Shown here: piece by piece, positions 1 to 14,056 of the stretch | How the letters are laid out: the number at the start of each line of letters is the position of its first letter | Numbering within the stretch: the stretch's first letter is position 1 | DNA from: Vicugna vicugna | Lineage: Eukaryota | Reading direction: 5' to 3' | Length of the DNA stretch: 64,000 nt | Assembly: GCA_013265495.1 (NCBI GenBank) | Contig: MU061560.1 | Coordinates: 992,001-1,056,000 of the forward strand | Position numbers and translations under genes: made by a program | The notes under the pieces: generated by a model | Databases searched by the model: none | Told to the model about the DNA's origin: nothing | Seen by the model: only the letters and a program-made list of their open reading frames with translations

Positions 1-1165
1 TTAAAACCAGGTTGTTTGATTTTTTTGATATTGAGTTGTATGAGTTCTTTGTATATTTTTGAATATTAACCCCTTATCCACACATAGGTTGTAAATATCT
101 TCTCCCATTTAGTAGGCGGCCTTTTCATTTTGTTGATAGTTTCCTTCACTGTGCAAAAGATTTTTAGTTTGATGTAGTACCATTTGTTTATCTTTGCTTT
201 TGTTTCCCTTGCCTGAAGAGACATAACCTATGACTAAAGCCAACATCAAAGAGCATACTGCCTATATTTTCTTCTAGAACGTTTATTGTTTCAGGCCTTA
301 TATTTAAGTCTTTCATTCTTGTTGAATTTATTTTTGTGCGTGGAGTGATAAAGTAGGGTAGTGTGGTTCTTTTTCGTGTAGCTATCCAGCTTCTCCTGTA
401 CCATTTATTGAAGAGGCTTGTCTTTTCCTCTTTGTATATTCTTGACTCCTTAGCTGTAGATTCATTGGCCGGAAGAGTGTGGATTAATTTCTGGGCTCTT
501 TACTCTGTTCCTTTGATCTATGTGTCTGTCTTTGTGCTGTACAAACCATTTAGATGACTGTAGCTTTGTAGTATAGTTTGAAGTCAGGGAATAGGGTATG
601 TCCACCCTTGTTCTTTCTCAAGATTGTTTTGGCTATTCTGGATATTTTGTGTTTCCAAGCTAGTTTTATAATGATTGTCTTAGTTCTGTGAAAAATGCCT
701 TGAGTATTTTGACAGGGGTTGTGATGTCACAACCTGTATAGGTTGGCTTGGGTAGCAATGGTCATTTTAACAGTATTAATTTTCCCAATCTATGAGTATG
801 ATCTTTCAACTAGTTTGTTTCTTCTTCAATTTTGTTCATCAATGTCTTACAGTTTTCTGAGTACAGATCTTTTACTTCCTTAGTTAGATTTATTCCTAGG
901 TATTTTATTCTTTGTGATGTGATTGTAAATGGGATTATTTTTGCAATTCTCTTTCTGATAGTTTATTGTTAGTGTACAGAAATGCAACAGTTTTCTGTAT
1001 ATTAAATTTGTATCTTGCAACTTTGCTACATTCATTGATAAGTTCTAGTAGTTTTTTGGTAGTGTCTTTTGTTTTTCTACGTATGGTATTGTCATCTGTA
1101 AAAGGTGACAGTTTTACGTCTTCCTTCCCAAATTTCATGCCTTTTATTTATTTTCTTGTTTGATT
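1..1165 (-). mobile_element. L1 (LINE-1) ORF2 fragment, degenerate
   Basis: Minus-strand translation gives L1 RT-region peptides (935..1138 'EDVKLSPFTDD...KKLLELINECSKVARYKFNIQKTVAFLYTNN'); T-rich antisense L1 sequence. Confidence 0.95.
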
Positions 1166-1737
1166 CCTCTGCCCGTTTTAAAATTGGATTCTATATCTCT
1201 GCCTTCCCCTGTTTCTCTTTCTTTCCTGCTAATTTGCAATTACTAGATTCTAACCAGTTACTTAGTTTTGGGCCTTCTTATGAGGTTTTGTCTTCTGATG
1301 TCTTCCTAGTTACTTGAAACCAAAGGCTCCCCAGTGGTGACTTTCACTGCTCCGCAAGGGAATAAGCATACACAATGATCAGGTTTTTACTATAACCTTG
1401 CAGGTTCATTCTCAGATATATGGGCTGACCTGCAGTACTGCCCAAGGAAATAATAATTATTTCCAAGTGTCTTCTTCTAGCAAGAACTCTTTGCCTACAG
1501 AATCCCAGACCTTATGATTTCATTTGACTCTGGCCAAAACTAAGCACCTTTTGACTAAGTTTTCTTTCCAGAAACACTTCTGTTTTATGTGGAAATATCC
1601 CCCACTGTGACTCTTCTCTCTTCCCGGATTTTCCTACCGGGTGTTCCCCATATCAGCTAGTTCCCTCTTTTCTGCTATATGTTGAGACTCTAACTTGGAT
1701 GCAATCACCCCTCTTTTGTATTTGTAGTTTCTCTAAG

Positions 1738-1925
1738 CCAGTGATTCTTAGTGTGGTCCCTGGGCCAGTAGAATCAGTATCACTTGTGAATTTGTATAAC
1801 ATGCAGAGTCTTAGGCCCCACCTCAAGCCCACTTAAAAAGTGGGTGGTACCTTGAGGTGGTACCAGGCAAACTGTTTTAACAAGTTCTTCAGGTGATTGT
1901 GAAGTGTGCTAAAGTTTGTAAACGC
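1738..1925. mobile_element. MER5A-like hAT-Charlie DNA transposon remnant
   Basis: Starts CAGTGATTCTTAGTGTGGTCCC; contains ATGCAGAGTCTTAGGCCCCACC and TTTTAACAAG...CAGGTGATT...CTAAAGTTTG, motifs typical of MER5A. Confidence 0.75.
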
Positions 1926-3329
1926 CCACCTTCTGAGGGCCTTTCGGCTTTGCTGGAGTTTAAAAAGATGAAGAAAGCTGGCTGGAACGATAAACATTTT
2001 CAAAAAATTGGTTTAAGGGATTTTGATACGCTAGTGTTGTTTAATAACCATGACTCCAAACTGCTTCCCGTTTTTCAGCTTTAAGACTCTATCCCATATT
2101 ACCAGCTGGCCTTGTTCTTAGTAGCCATCTGTCAATTTGTTGTGTCATGAGCATTTCCAGAGTGTATTTTACATTGAATAGGTTTTCATCTACTAGGGAA
2201 AGAGAGATTGTGATAGACCATCATGATGAAATTCAGTGAGAGGAAATATTTTTGCCCACAGTTTTCCTTCCTCTGTAAAACATGGGGACACAGGCCATCA
2301 GAGGTATCACAAACTGAGTTCTATCTCATTGACATCTACTTTTTATTACTATATAACCTAATGAAGCAAAATTAGTAAGAAACAGTTTTATCTGCTGGTT
2401 AGCCTTTTTTTTTTAATTCTCACAGTATTAATGTTTGCATTTGCAATGCAGAAAAGCTAAATTACCTTAAATCTCTTAATCTTCACATGAACCTTTAATG
2501 ACAAAGGTAAAATTTTCAAATAAGAAGTCTAACAAACATTCTTAATTAGAAATTTTAACTCTAATGGCAAAAATCTCTTTTTAGGCTGGTGAACAACTTA
2601 TTCAGCCAGTTGGTCTTGTGTTGATTACATGAAGTATACAATTGTAACCCAGCAACACACACATAAAGCCCCCCAAAATGGATCAATAGATAAAAATATA
2701 CAGCCATAAGTCCAAAGCTGAGTGCTCTTCATTCATGCCTCATATATATTTTTCACCTTCTCTCTTTTTTTCCCTTACTGATTTCCTTCCTCTTGCAACA
2801 TAATATCTTGGAATAAGAAAATAAAAACAATTGCACCCAAATATACTGCTTTTTGTGTATAAGAAAAAATGATGTGTGAAAAAATTTCATTGCCAGTGCT
2901 TAAACATAATGTTCTGCAAAATTATAGAAATGCTTACAGGAAATTTCTGTTAAAAGCCTTTCTGTTAAGTCATCTCTGTCTGGAGATACCACAGTGATTG
3001 TTGAGTAATCTAGGGCCTGTCTCATACAAAAGGTTTATTCTATAAAGATTACCTTTTAGCTTTTAAATTATTTGGGGCTGAAAAAAATTCCATTTGCTAA
3101 AGGATGTCCTTCAGGTTAAAGGGAAATGATTAACAGACTGAAGTTCAGATCTAAATAAAAGAATAAAGAGAACAAGAAATGGTAAATATGTGGATAAATG
3201 TAAAAGAATATGTATTCCTTATTCTTATAACTTACTTGAAAATAGTTGTCTGTTTAAAGCAAAAATAATAACACTTTAAAATAATGTTTATAACAATATG
3301 GAAGCAATGGGCTGGTGGCTTTTGGGGTT

Positions 3330-5312
3330 GCGTCCACCTCTTCACTGTTATAAATAGTGCTGCAGTGAACATTGAAGTACATGTATCTTTTCGAATTCGT
3401 GTTTTGTTTTTTTTCTGGAGTGTTGGGTTTTTTTTTCCGTATGTACTCAGCAGTTGAATTGCTGAAACATGTGGTAGTTCTATTTTAATTTTTAAAGGAA
3501 ACTCCATACTGTTTTCCATAGTGGCTGCACCAATTTACATTCCCATCAACAAGGTAAGAGGGTTCCCTTTTCCCAAAATCCTCTTCAGCATTTGTTATTT
3601 GTAGACTTTTAATGATAGTCATTCTGACAGGTTTGAGACGATATCTTCTTCCTGTTTTGATTTACATTTCTCTTATAATTAGTGATGTTGAGCATTTTTT
3701 CATGTGCCTGTTGCCCTCTGTATCTAGTCTTTGGAAAACCATCCAGTTAGGTATTCTGCCCATTTTTTTATTGGGTTTTTTAAAATATTGAATTGTGTGA
3801 GCTGTTTATATATTTGGGGTGTTAACCCCTTATAAGTCATAACATTTTTGAATATTTTCTCCCATTCCATAGGTTGATATTTTTGTTCTGTTGATGGTTT
3901 CCTTTGCTGTGCAAAAGATTTTATGTTTCACTAGGTCCACTTGGTAATTTTTGCTTTTATTTCTTTGGCCTTAGGAGACAGATACAAAAAATTTTTGGCA
4001 TATATAGGGGTTTTATAGTCAGGTCTTACATTTAGGTCTTTAATCTATTTTGAGTTCAGTTTTGAATATGGTATGAAAAAATGTTCTAACTTCATTGTTT
4101 TCCATGTAGCTGTCCAGTTTTCCCAGGATCATTTAGTGAAAAGACTGTCTTTTCTCCATTGTATATTCTTGCCTTTTTCTGTCATAGATTAATTGACCAT
4201 AGTTGTGTTTGGGTTTATACCTGAGCTCTCAGTTCTGTTCCATTTATCTGTGTGACTGGCTTTGTGCCTGTACCAGCTGTTTTGATTACTGTAGTTTTGT
4301 AGAATAGTTTGAAGTCTGAGAGGGTGACGCTCCCAGCTTTGTTTTTTTTTCCACGATTGCTTTTGCAATTCATTTTTTATTTCTGGTTACGTATAAGTTT
4401 TAGGGTTATTTGTTCTAGTTCTGTGCAAAATGTAATGACTATTTTGACAGAGATTACATTAAGGTTGCTTTGGGTAGTATGGCCATTTTAACAACTTAAC
4501 TTTTCCAATCCAAGAGCATGGGATAGCTTTCTATTTCATTGTATCATCTTCAGTTTCCTTCATCAATGTTTTGCTGTTTTCAGCATGTAGATCTTTCACC
4601 TTTTGGGTTAATTTTATTCCTAGGTGTTTTACTCTTTTTGATATTATTTTAGATGGGATTTTTTTTTTTGCTTTCTCTTTCTGATAGTTCATTATTAATG
4701 TATAATAAAGCAACAGATTTTATATTAATCTTGTATCCTGCAACTTTGCTGAATTCATTTATTACTTCTAATAGTTTTGGAATGGATATTTTAGAGTTTT
4801 CTATATAAAATATAATGCCATCAGGAAACAGTGATAGCTTTACTTCCTTCTTTACACTTTGGATTCCTTTTATTTATTTTTCCTGTATTATTGCTGTGGC
4901 TAGGACTTCTACTACTGTGTTAAAGAGAAGTGGTGTAAGTGTGCATCCTTTTCTTGTTCTTGATTGAAGAACAAAGGTTTTCAGCTTTTCACTGTTGAGT
5001 ATGATGTTTGTGAGTTTGTCATCCATGGTCTTTATTATGTTGAGATATGTTCTCTCTATACCCAATTTGATGAGAGCTTTTTTTTTTTAAATCATGGATG
5101 GATGTTAAATTTGTCAAAATCTTTTTCTCCATAGATTAAGATGGTCATGTAATCTTTATCCTTCCTTTTGTTAATGTGGTGTATCACATTGATTGATTTA
5201 TGAATGTTCAATCATCCTTGCATCACTGGAATAAATCCCACTTGGTCATGTGTATGATCCTTTTCATATATGCTGTTTTATTGAGGATTTTTCTATCTAT
5301 ATTCATCAAAGA
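3330..5312 (-). mobile_element. L1 ORF2 (RT to C-terminus) fragment
   Basis: Minus ORFs 3232..3519, 4531..4713 and 4874..5065 translate to L1 ORF2 peptides ('[12 protein letters not shown]...[19 protein letters not shown]'). Confidence 0.95.
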
Positions 5313-7300
5313 TCTCATTTGTGCCCTTTTGTTTTAGATTCCACAGATAAGTGATATCATATGGTATTTTTCTTTTTCTTTCTGACCTACATCACTTAGA
5401 ATGACAATCTCCAGATCCAAGCATCTGGCTACAAATGGCATAATTTTATTCTTTTCTATGGCTGGTTGTAGTCCATTGTATATACATACCACATCTTCTT
5501 TATCCATTCACCTGTTGATGGACATTTGAGTTGTTTCCATGTCTTGGCTGTTACAAAATAGTACTGCATGAATATGGGGTACATGTGTCTTTTCAAATTG
5601 TATTTTCCTCCAGATACATGCCCAGGAGTGGGATTGCTGGATCATATGGTAAGTCTATTTTTAGTTTTTTGAGGACTCTCCTACTGTCCTCCATAGTGGC
5701 TGCACCAATTTACATTCCCACTAACAGTGTAGGAGGGTTCCCTTTTTCCCACAGCCTCTCCAGCATTTGTTTTTAATTATGGCTATTCTGACTGGCATAA
5801 GGTGATACCTTATTGAAGCTCTGATTTGTATTTCTTTCACAATTAGTGATGTTGGAGTTAATTTGCTAGTATTTTCTTGAAGATTTTTGCATCTATATTC
5901 GTAAGTGATATTGGCCTGTAATTTTCTTTTTTTATGATGTCATTTCTGGTTTTGGTATCAGGGTGATGGTGGCCTCGTGGAATGAGTTTGGGAGTGTTCC
6001 TTCCTCTGCAATTTTTTTGGAATAGTTTCAGAAGGATAGGTGTTAACTCTTCTGTAAATGTTTGGTAGAATTCACTTGTGAAGCCATCTTGTCCTGGACT
6101 TTTGTTTGTTGGGAGTTTTTTTTATCATTGATTCAATTTCAGTGCTGGTAATTGGTCTATTCATATTTTCTGTTTTTTCCTGAGTCAGTCTTGGCAAATT
6201 GTACCTTTCTAAGAAATTGTCCATTTCTTCTAGGTTGTCCTTTTCGTTGCTATATTGTTGCTCATAGTATCCTCCTATGATCCCTTGTATTTCTGTGGTG
6301 TCAGCTGTGACTTCTCCTTTTTCATTTCTGGTTTTATTAATTTGGGCCCTCTCCCTTTGTTTCTCGATGAGTCTGACTGAAGGTTTATCAATTTTGTTTA
6401 TCTTTTGAAAGAACCAGCTTTTAGTTTCATTGATCTCTTCCATTGTGTTTTTTAGTTTCTATTTCATTTATTTCTGCTCTGATCTTTATGATTTCTTTTC
6501 TTCTACTAATTTTGGGTTTTATTTATTCTTCTTTCTCTAGCTGCTTTATGTATAAGGTTAGGTTATTTATTTAAGATTTTTCTTATTTCCTGAGGTGGGC
6601 TTGTATCATTATAAACTTCCCTCTTGGAACTGCTTTTGCTATGTTCCAAAGGGTTTGGATCATTGTATTTTCATTTTCATTTGTCTCAAAGTATTTTTGA
6701 TTTCTTCTTTGACTTCTTCAGTGATCCATTGGTTGTTTAGTAGCATATTGTTTAGCCACCACATGTTTGCAGTTCTGCAGTTGTTTTTTTGTTTTGTTTT
6801 GTTTTTTCTTGTAGTTGATTTCTAACCTCAAAGCATTGTATCAGAAAACATGCTTGGTATGATTTCAATTTTCTTAAATTTACTGAGGCTTGCTTTGTGG
6901 GCCAGCATATGGCCAATTCTGGAGAATGTCCCATGTGCACTTGAGAAGAATGTGTATCCTGTTGCTTTTGATGGTATGCTCTATAGATATCAATTACATC
7001 TGGTCTAATGTGTCACTTAGGTCCTATATTTCCTTACTGGTTTTCCATCTGGATGATCTGTCCATTGATGAAGTGGAATGTTAAGGTCCCCTAGTATCAT
7101 TGTGTACTTGTGGATTTCTCCTTTTATATCTGTTAACAATTGACTTATATATTGAGGTGCTCCTGTGTTGGATGCATGTATATTTACAATTGTTATATCT
7201 TTTTCCTGGATTGATCCCTTGAACCTTATGGGGTGTCCTTTGTCTCTTGTAACAGTCTTTATTTAAAATCTATTTTGTCTGATATAAGTATTGCTACTTT
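5313..7300 (-). mobile_element. L1 3' end joined to the EN/RT-proximal part of ORF2 (internally deleted or composite L1)
   Basis: 5313-5855 is L1 3' ORF2/UTR sequence; at about 5856 it jumps to upstream ORF2 (ORF 6072..6443 'INETKSWFFQKINKIDKP...RPITSTEIES'). Confidence 0.9.
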
Positions 7301-9020
7301 ATGCCAATAAATATGGCATACATGATAAAATGAAGAGGTCCTTTGAAATATACATATTACCAGATTTGGACTATAAAGAAACAAAATCTCAATATCTTTA
7401 TATGTTAAGAAATTGAATTTGTAGTTACAACATTTCTACCAAGAAAACTCCAGATCCAGATCATTTCACTGATAAATTCTATCAATCATTTAAGAAGAAA
7501 ACCCAGTCACACACTATTTTAGGAAATAGAGTAGGAAGGAACACTTCTCCACTCACTTTTTACAAGGCCAGCATACCCTGCTATGAAACTTTTACAAAGA
7601 ATTTGTAGGAAAACAAAAATGCACACTAATTATCATTATCTATCTATCTATCTATCTGTCTATCTATCTATCTATATATAAATCTTTTGCCAAAATATTT
7701 GCAAATTAAGTCCAGAAATATGTCATGACCAAGTAGTTTTATTGCAAGCATACACAGTCAGCTTTAAAATTAAAATTTAATCAATATAATTCATTACATT
7801 AAGAGAATAAAGGAGAAACACCATTTAGTTACATGAGTAGATGTGAAAAAGGCATTTGAAATATTTACCAGTTGTTCATGATGAGAATTCCCCAAAACAT
7901 AGGAATTGAAGGAAACTTTCTAAACTCAATGCTGGCAATTGTAAAGAGCCTATATTTAACCCGTATTTAATGATAAAGGATACAGCACTTTCTCTTTAAG
8001 TTTTAAAAGATGATCATGGCGTCTTCTCATCATTTTACTTATTGTTCTGGAGGCTTCACCGATGCAATAGGGCATTGAAATTAAAAAAAAAAGAGTAAAA
8101 CTTTCTTACTTTATGGATGACATAATTTATGTTTATAGAAAATCCTAGAGAAAATACAAGAAAATCCTACTAAAACTAATAAGAGAATTTAATAAGTTTG
8201 TAAAACCCAAGCTCAACATACAAAAATCTATTGCATTGCTATATACAAAGGAAAAACTATTGGAAAATATAACTAAGTCCTATGATCTTCAATAGCATCC
8301 CCAAACAGAAAATTCTTAGAGGTAAACGTAATAGAAAAATAGTACAATACCTTTATGTTGAAGAATACAAAAATATTTCTGAGAGAATCTAAATAAAACT
8401 TAAATAAATGGAGCAATATACTATGTTTTAAAGATAATAATAATATTAAGATGTCAGTTCTCCAGTTTATATATAGATTCATCCAATATTAGTCCAAATA
8501 TCTGCAGGTACTTTTTGGAGAAATTGTCAAGCTGGTTTCGAAATTTATATGGAAATGCAAAGAACTCCAAAAGGTCAAATCTAAGGATTTGCAGTCTCAT
8601 ATCAAGTTGTAGTATAAAAGAACAATTATCAAGACAGTGTAATACTGGCATAAGGATAGATGTATATAAATGAAATAAAATAAAGAGTCCAGAATTAGAA
8701 CCACATTTATAAGGTCTGGATTTTTGACAAAAATGTAAAAGCAATTTAATGGAGAAACAATAGTCTTTTCAATAAATGGTGATAAAACCACTGGTTATCT
8801 GTAGAGCAAAAACAATAAAGTTGACCACTACTTTACAAACACTCACAAAAGACACATGCTTGGTCACTTAGCACACAAGCAGCATCCCAACAAGATATTT
8901 ATTATAAAAATTCAGATGGAAATTATAATGAGGCATCACTGCAGACTCCCTGGAATGGCTAAAATTAAAACTGTTAACAATACTAACTGCTGTCTAAAAT
9001 GTGGAGTAACTGAAACTCTC
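7300..9020 (+). mobile_element. Old, diverged L1 (L1M-type) ORF2 fragment
   Basis: A-rich sense-strand L1 ORF2 motifs (e.g. AGTCTTTTCAATAAATGGTG, AAGATGTCAGTTCTCC) with many lesions. Confidence 0.85.
7637..7680. repeat. (TCTA)n microsatellite
   Basis: ATCTATCTATCT... run. Confidence 0.95.
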
Positions 9021-9039
9021 ATGTAATGTTGACAGGAGT

Positions 9040-9850
9040 GTAAAATGGGTACAGGTCTTTTGCCTTCTTGATTAGAATTATTTCTAGGTGCTTTATTCTT
9101 TTTGATGTGATGATAAATGGGATTGTATTCTTAATTTTGCTCTCTGATAGTTTGTTGTTACTGTACAGAAAGGCAACAGGTTTTTGTATATTAATTATGT
9201 ATTTTACAACTGTATCAAATTTCTTGATGAGCTCTAGCAATTTCTGGTGGTGTCTTAAGGATTTGCTATGTGTAGTGTCATGTCATCTGCACACAGTGAT
9301 GGTTTTATTTCTTCTCTTCCAATTTGGATGCCTTTTATTTCCTTTTCTTTCCTGATTATTGTGACTATGACTTCCAAAATTATGTAGAATAAAAGTGGTG
9401 AAAGTAGGCATCCTTGTCTTTTTCCCAAGCTTAGAGGAAATATTTTTAGCTTTCCATCACAGATGTTAGCTGTGTTTGTCACATATGGCCCTTGTTATGT
9501 TGTGTTATGTTCCCTCTATGCACATGCTTTTATAGTAAATGGATGTTGAAACTTATTGAAAGCTTTCTCTGCATCTATTGAAATGATCATATAATTTTTG
9601 TTCTTCATTTTGTTCATGAGGTGTATTACATTGATTGATTTGCAAATACTGAAAATTCCTTGTATCTCTGGACTAAATCCCTCTTGATCATGGTCTAAGA
9701 TCGTTTTAATGTATTGTTGGATTGAGTTTGCTAGTATTTTGTTCAGGATTTTTGCATCTATTTTCATCAGTGATATTGGCCTGTAATTTTCTCCTTTCAA
9801 GATAAATTTGTATGGTTTTGATATCAGGGTGATGCTGACCTCATATAGAT
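9040..9850 (-). mobile_element. L1 ORF2 RT-domain fragment
   Basis: ORFs 9516..9920 ('[22 protein letters not shown]...SIDAEKAFNKFQHPF') and 9255..9482 ('[11 protein letters not shown]...LCADDM'). Confidence 0.95.
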
Positions 9851-9854
9851 CAGG

Positions 9855-10149
9855 ATGACCCAATATTTGATAACTCCTCAGGAGATAACCTTTCTTCTTA
9901 ATCTTGTAAGGAGTTATCATGACCCACTACTATCTTTGTACGTGCAGATCTGGATTGTGTAAACTGTCAATATGTCATTTGATGTCATAAGTCAATATGC
10001 CTTTTGTTTCAATAACTTACAAAGCACAAAACTGTGCTTTGACCTCTAACGGGCAGAACAGTCTCTAGCACTTTCTAAAAGACTGCCTCCCAGGTTGTAA
10101 GTCTCAGGTTGGCTGAAATAAAATTTTTTACTTCTTTCTTATATTGAGT
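9855..10149 (+). mobile_element. ERV LTR, 3' portion
   Basis: AATAAA near 10117 and terminal ...GTCAACA; resembles the reverse complement of the LTR at 15260-15715. Confidence 0.6.
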
Positions 10150-12104
10150 GTTTAAATTTTTTTGTCAACAGAATCATCTGGGGAGCTTTAAAATATGAAC
10201 CAACTTTTGTCAATACCATTTACCAACTGCCTTCCATTGAGTTTGGGCCGATCTATCACGGAGGTGACCATATATTTGATATAATTCCATAGATACAAAG
10301 AATTTTATTTTCATCCAAAATAATCTAGTAATGATTGAATTGACCCTGCTCCCCAGCTCCCAGAAACAACACCCCTACTCCTCCATTAAAGATAAAACTT
10401 AAAAGGCAAATATCACCATGAAAGAAAAGGGTTTGTTTCCCAAGTGTGGTACTGCTGAGTACTTACAGGAAAAAGGGGAGAATTACCAAGAATTACCAGT
10501 GGACAAGAGTATGGCAGGAGATGGGGGCTTGCGTAGTCACTGGGATGTTCAACACAGAATTTTTCCATCTGTGGTTTCCATCCATAAACTAGTCTATTCT
10601 ACAAAGCAGAAAATGTTGCTAGACCTAGATTGTTGCTGCAGATAAGGTAGAAGATACACTGCCTGCCTTCGATGAGTTTGTAATCCAGTAGAAATGAAGG
10701 GCTTCTAAGAGTTATGGGACTGACAGAGAGAATGTGGACGCAATGGCCATGGGTTGTTCTTGAAGGCCTGCAAAATGTGTCTCTGTAGTTCTTGAAGCTT
10801 TGTCTAGAAAGGTTGACTCTACCTTCTGTAACTTGCATATCAGGAGTCACCCAAACTCTAAGAAAGTAAAAGAGAATTAAAAGACAACAAAATTCTCTGT
10901 ATAATTCATCATTAACAGGAGAATTGAGAAAGGTTTACTCTGCATTTAGTGGCTGATTAAGTGCAACTATTTCCATCCCACCCATCAAAGTGAATAAAGT
11001 GAATCTCTCTTTGCTTCTAATTTGAGCAAAACTCAAAACCGCATAAGGAGATAAAATAACTCCTGAATTTAGTTTGAGAATTAAAAGTTGAATCAAGGAC
11101 CAATTTGAGAACTTTTGATGAAAATCCAGCGCAAGTCCTTGCTGTTATTTTAGATATTGGTTTTCAAAGTCAGAAATGTGGTAACGTGATTACAAGATTC
11201 ATTTATATTTATGCATGTCTCAGAAAGAAAGTATGTTTCAGTAATGTCAAATTGATGACAGTGAATGTATGATATAAATAATATATAAATAAAGATTTAT
11301 ACCCTGGAGGTGTATGCTTAAAAAGTTGTCACGTATACAGAGCATGATCAAAAAGTTTACTGATTAAAATTATTTTGAAAATCAGTAACTTTTACTTTGG
11401 GAGGGCTAGTTATATACTGCTGTCTTTTACTGATGACGATTATGACCTAGGATAAATGGCAGCAGTGAAGAAAGAGTCACCTGTGGTGTGCTCTCTTTTG
11501 TTACCTGGAGCATAAATGAATTTTTCCCTGTGATTTATGGCTAAAGCCAGTTGTGATGGCTTCTGTATCTCATCTGTTGGTCTGAAGCCCTTGTCAATCT
11601 CTAGTCAAGAGGAAGCATCTCAGAAAGTCACAGTCGAAAGGCCCTTCAGAGATATGTTCTCCTTCCTTAATTTAAGGATGGAGAAACTGGGAACAAAGAC
11701 AGAGGCAGTGAAAAGACATACTTTTTGGTATTTCAGTTATTCAGTTAAGTCAAGAAGAGGGCTCCTTCATATTACAGTGCTGCTTCTATTTTGCTAACGA
11801 TGCCCAGTGTGTTTACCAGGAGATAGTGACGAAAAGCACCGACGGGCATCTGCTTTCCGTACAACCTTACAAAAAGAAATATTGGTATGACTGCTGCTTA
11901 GTACTTCTGACAACAGCAATTGCCATCTGGCTGGAAGGACTGGAAAGAATCTATAAATCTCTAGCCATTTATTAAGAGGAAAGGGAAAGTAAGCTTATTT
12001 TTTGGTCTCTAGAGGAAAACAGGACTATTTTATAATTTTTCACAGATTTTTAAAAATTAACTCTCCGTTTTCCGTATGCTATTTGCTGCCCTCTCGTAGA
12101 AGCT

Positions 12105-12385
12105 GGGGGCAATTTCTCTCTAGGGGTACTACCTCCCTTGATGTTTACATTTCAAAAAGGTAGTTTCTGAGTCCTTGAAAAAGGCATTCCTGGGTTACAA
12201 AGCCAAAAAAGTACTATCTAGTCTTCAAAAGAATTTATACACATTTCAAAGAGAGGAGAAAGTACTTACATTCTAAGTTTTCTAAAGCAAATGATTTAAG
12301 GAAAAGGAAAGGTGTGGAAGTTTCTCTCCTTGGTTTTAAAAGCCAGAAGTTAACCTCTTGATTTTAATTTTTATTTATCATTATG
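12105..12385. mobile_element. Old ERV1 LTR fragment (MER34/MER39-like)
   Basis: Motifs GATGTTTACATTTCAAA...GAGTCCTTGAAAAAGGCATTCCTGGGTT and ATTTCAAAGAGAGGAGAAAG. Confidence 0.45.
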
Positions 12386-12489
12386 CATCAAAGAGGTGAC
12401 TTAAAATTATGAGTATAGTTAAGGAAATGTTTTCTACTTTATGAATTCAGACTGTTCATGAAAATTAATATTTGTCTTGAGTAGGGGTC

Positions 12490-12515
12490 TGTGTGTGTGT
12501 GTGTGTGTGTGTGTG
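12490..12515. repeat. (GT)n microsatellite
   Basis: TG dinucleotide run. Confidence 0.95.
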
Positions 12516-12604
12516 AGTGAAGCAATCAACTTTCATTCCTATAATACACAGGAACATATCTAATTGTGTCTGCAACTTACATTGCTAGATCTCCAAGGAG
12601 AGTG

Positions 12605-13188
12605 TGATGAGGGCCACATGTAGGGGAAGAATAGGTTCTTTCCTCACGCAGGAAAGAATCCAAGAGCAAGGCATGGTATAATGAAAGTTAGTTTATTTAG
12701 AGAGACACACATTCCATGGACAGAGTGCAGTCTGTCTCTCTCAGAAGGAAGAATGGCTTAGGAGACACACACTCCATAGGCAGAGTGTGGGCCGTCTCAG
12801 AAAGGTGAGAGGGAGAGAAGCCAAGAGGTGTGAGGTGTTTAAAGTAAAAGTAGGTATCTATACACACTCCATAGACAGAGTGCGGACTGTCTCAGGAGGT
12901 GAGCGCGACAGAGCCAGAGCATCTGTGAGGTGCGGAGTTGTTGGGTTTTATGGGCTCAATAAATGGGTAGGAGGATTATTCCAACTGTTTTGGGGCAATG
13001 CCCCGCCCACTTTTTGACCTTTTATGGGCAGCCCAGAAACTGTCGTGGCGCCTGCGGCGGGGGCCATGCGGCTCAAGGTCCACGGGAAGTCTAGTCTTTC
13101 ACCATCTTGGTCCTAACCCGTTTGTCCTGTCCTCAGTGGCTGGGTCACCCTTCAGCGGTTGTGCCCTGCCCGCTTTCCTACCACTTCA
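12605..13188 (-). mobile_element. ERV1-type LTR related to 14201-14836
   Basis: TG...CA ends; TTTATTTA (minus-strand poly(A) signal); shares GGAAAGAAT and ACACACTCCATAGACAGAG motifs with 14201-14836. Confidence 0.75.
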
Positions 13189-13488
13189 TTAGCCAGACTT
13201 CTGCAGGCGGTCACTGACTGCCCTGCTCAGACCCGAAGGATGTTACTCCCTGCTGAGCGACACATGCTTGGGGAAAGCCACTGCTGGGGGGCACAGTATG
13301 CAACCCGGAAGGAAATCAGTTCTGTGGGTGGAGTACGGACTCCTCTCTCAAACAGAGGGAGAGCTAAAAGAGCTAGGTTTTATTTTGCATATTTTGTATA
13401 GATGGTAGATATAAATGTGTGTGTGTATGTGTGCATGAATGTATGCATTCCCAGACAGCCAGGGAAGACACACCAGTGACCATGAGAG

Positions 13489-14056
13489 TGAGACGGAGCA
13501 GGACCCTCTGGGGTCCTCCCTGGTACAAACCCTTCTCGCACCCTCCATTTCTTGTTAGTGGGACATACGCTTCATTCAGCCTCCCTGACTCTGCCTGAAT
13601 TCCAAAGGGCAGATTCAAACAATTGCTGATCGGGGACTGGAGGGGATGTAGAGATAAGGGAGGAACAGTCAAGAAGTAATAGTGCAGCCTTATGGCAGGG
13701 TCCTGGTTCCTCCTCAAGGAACATAGCCATAACAACGTCTTTGAGGTCTGCCGGAACTGAGGCCCCCACCCAGGAGGGATGGCACCTCCAGGATGAGCAA
13801 AAGACTCCCGCAGCACCACCTTGTTACCTCACCATCAGCCAATCAGAAGAAAGTCATACATCCTGCTGCCTTCGCCCCAAATTTTATTTATAAAAACTGT
13901 TCCCTGAAAACCATTGGAGAGTTTGTATTTTTTACACCTGAGCTGCCTGTCATTTTTGCTTGGCCCTGCAATAAAACTTTCTCTGCTCCAAACTCCAATG
14001 TTTCAGTTTGTTTGGCTTCACTCTGTGCCTGGCACACAAACTTTTGTTTGGTAATA
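13489..14056 (+). mobile_element. Solo ERV LTR (568 bp)
   Basis: Begins TGAGACGGAGCAGGACC; CCAAT (about 13840), TATAAAA (about 13890) and AATAAA (about 13970) in LTR order; near-TSD AGAG/AGAC. Confidence 0.8.

Noticed and set aside
1..9850. Potentially intact L1 retrotransposon
   Set aside because: A mosaic of fragments in both orientations, all with stops and frameshifts and no ORF1 or 5' UTR.
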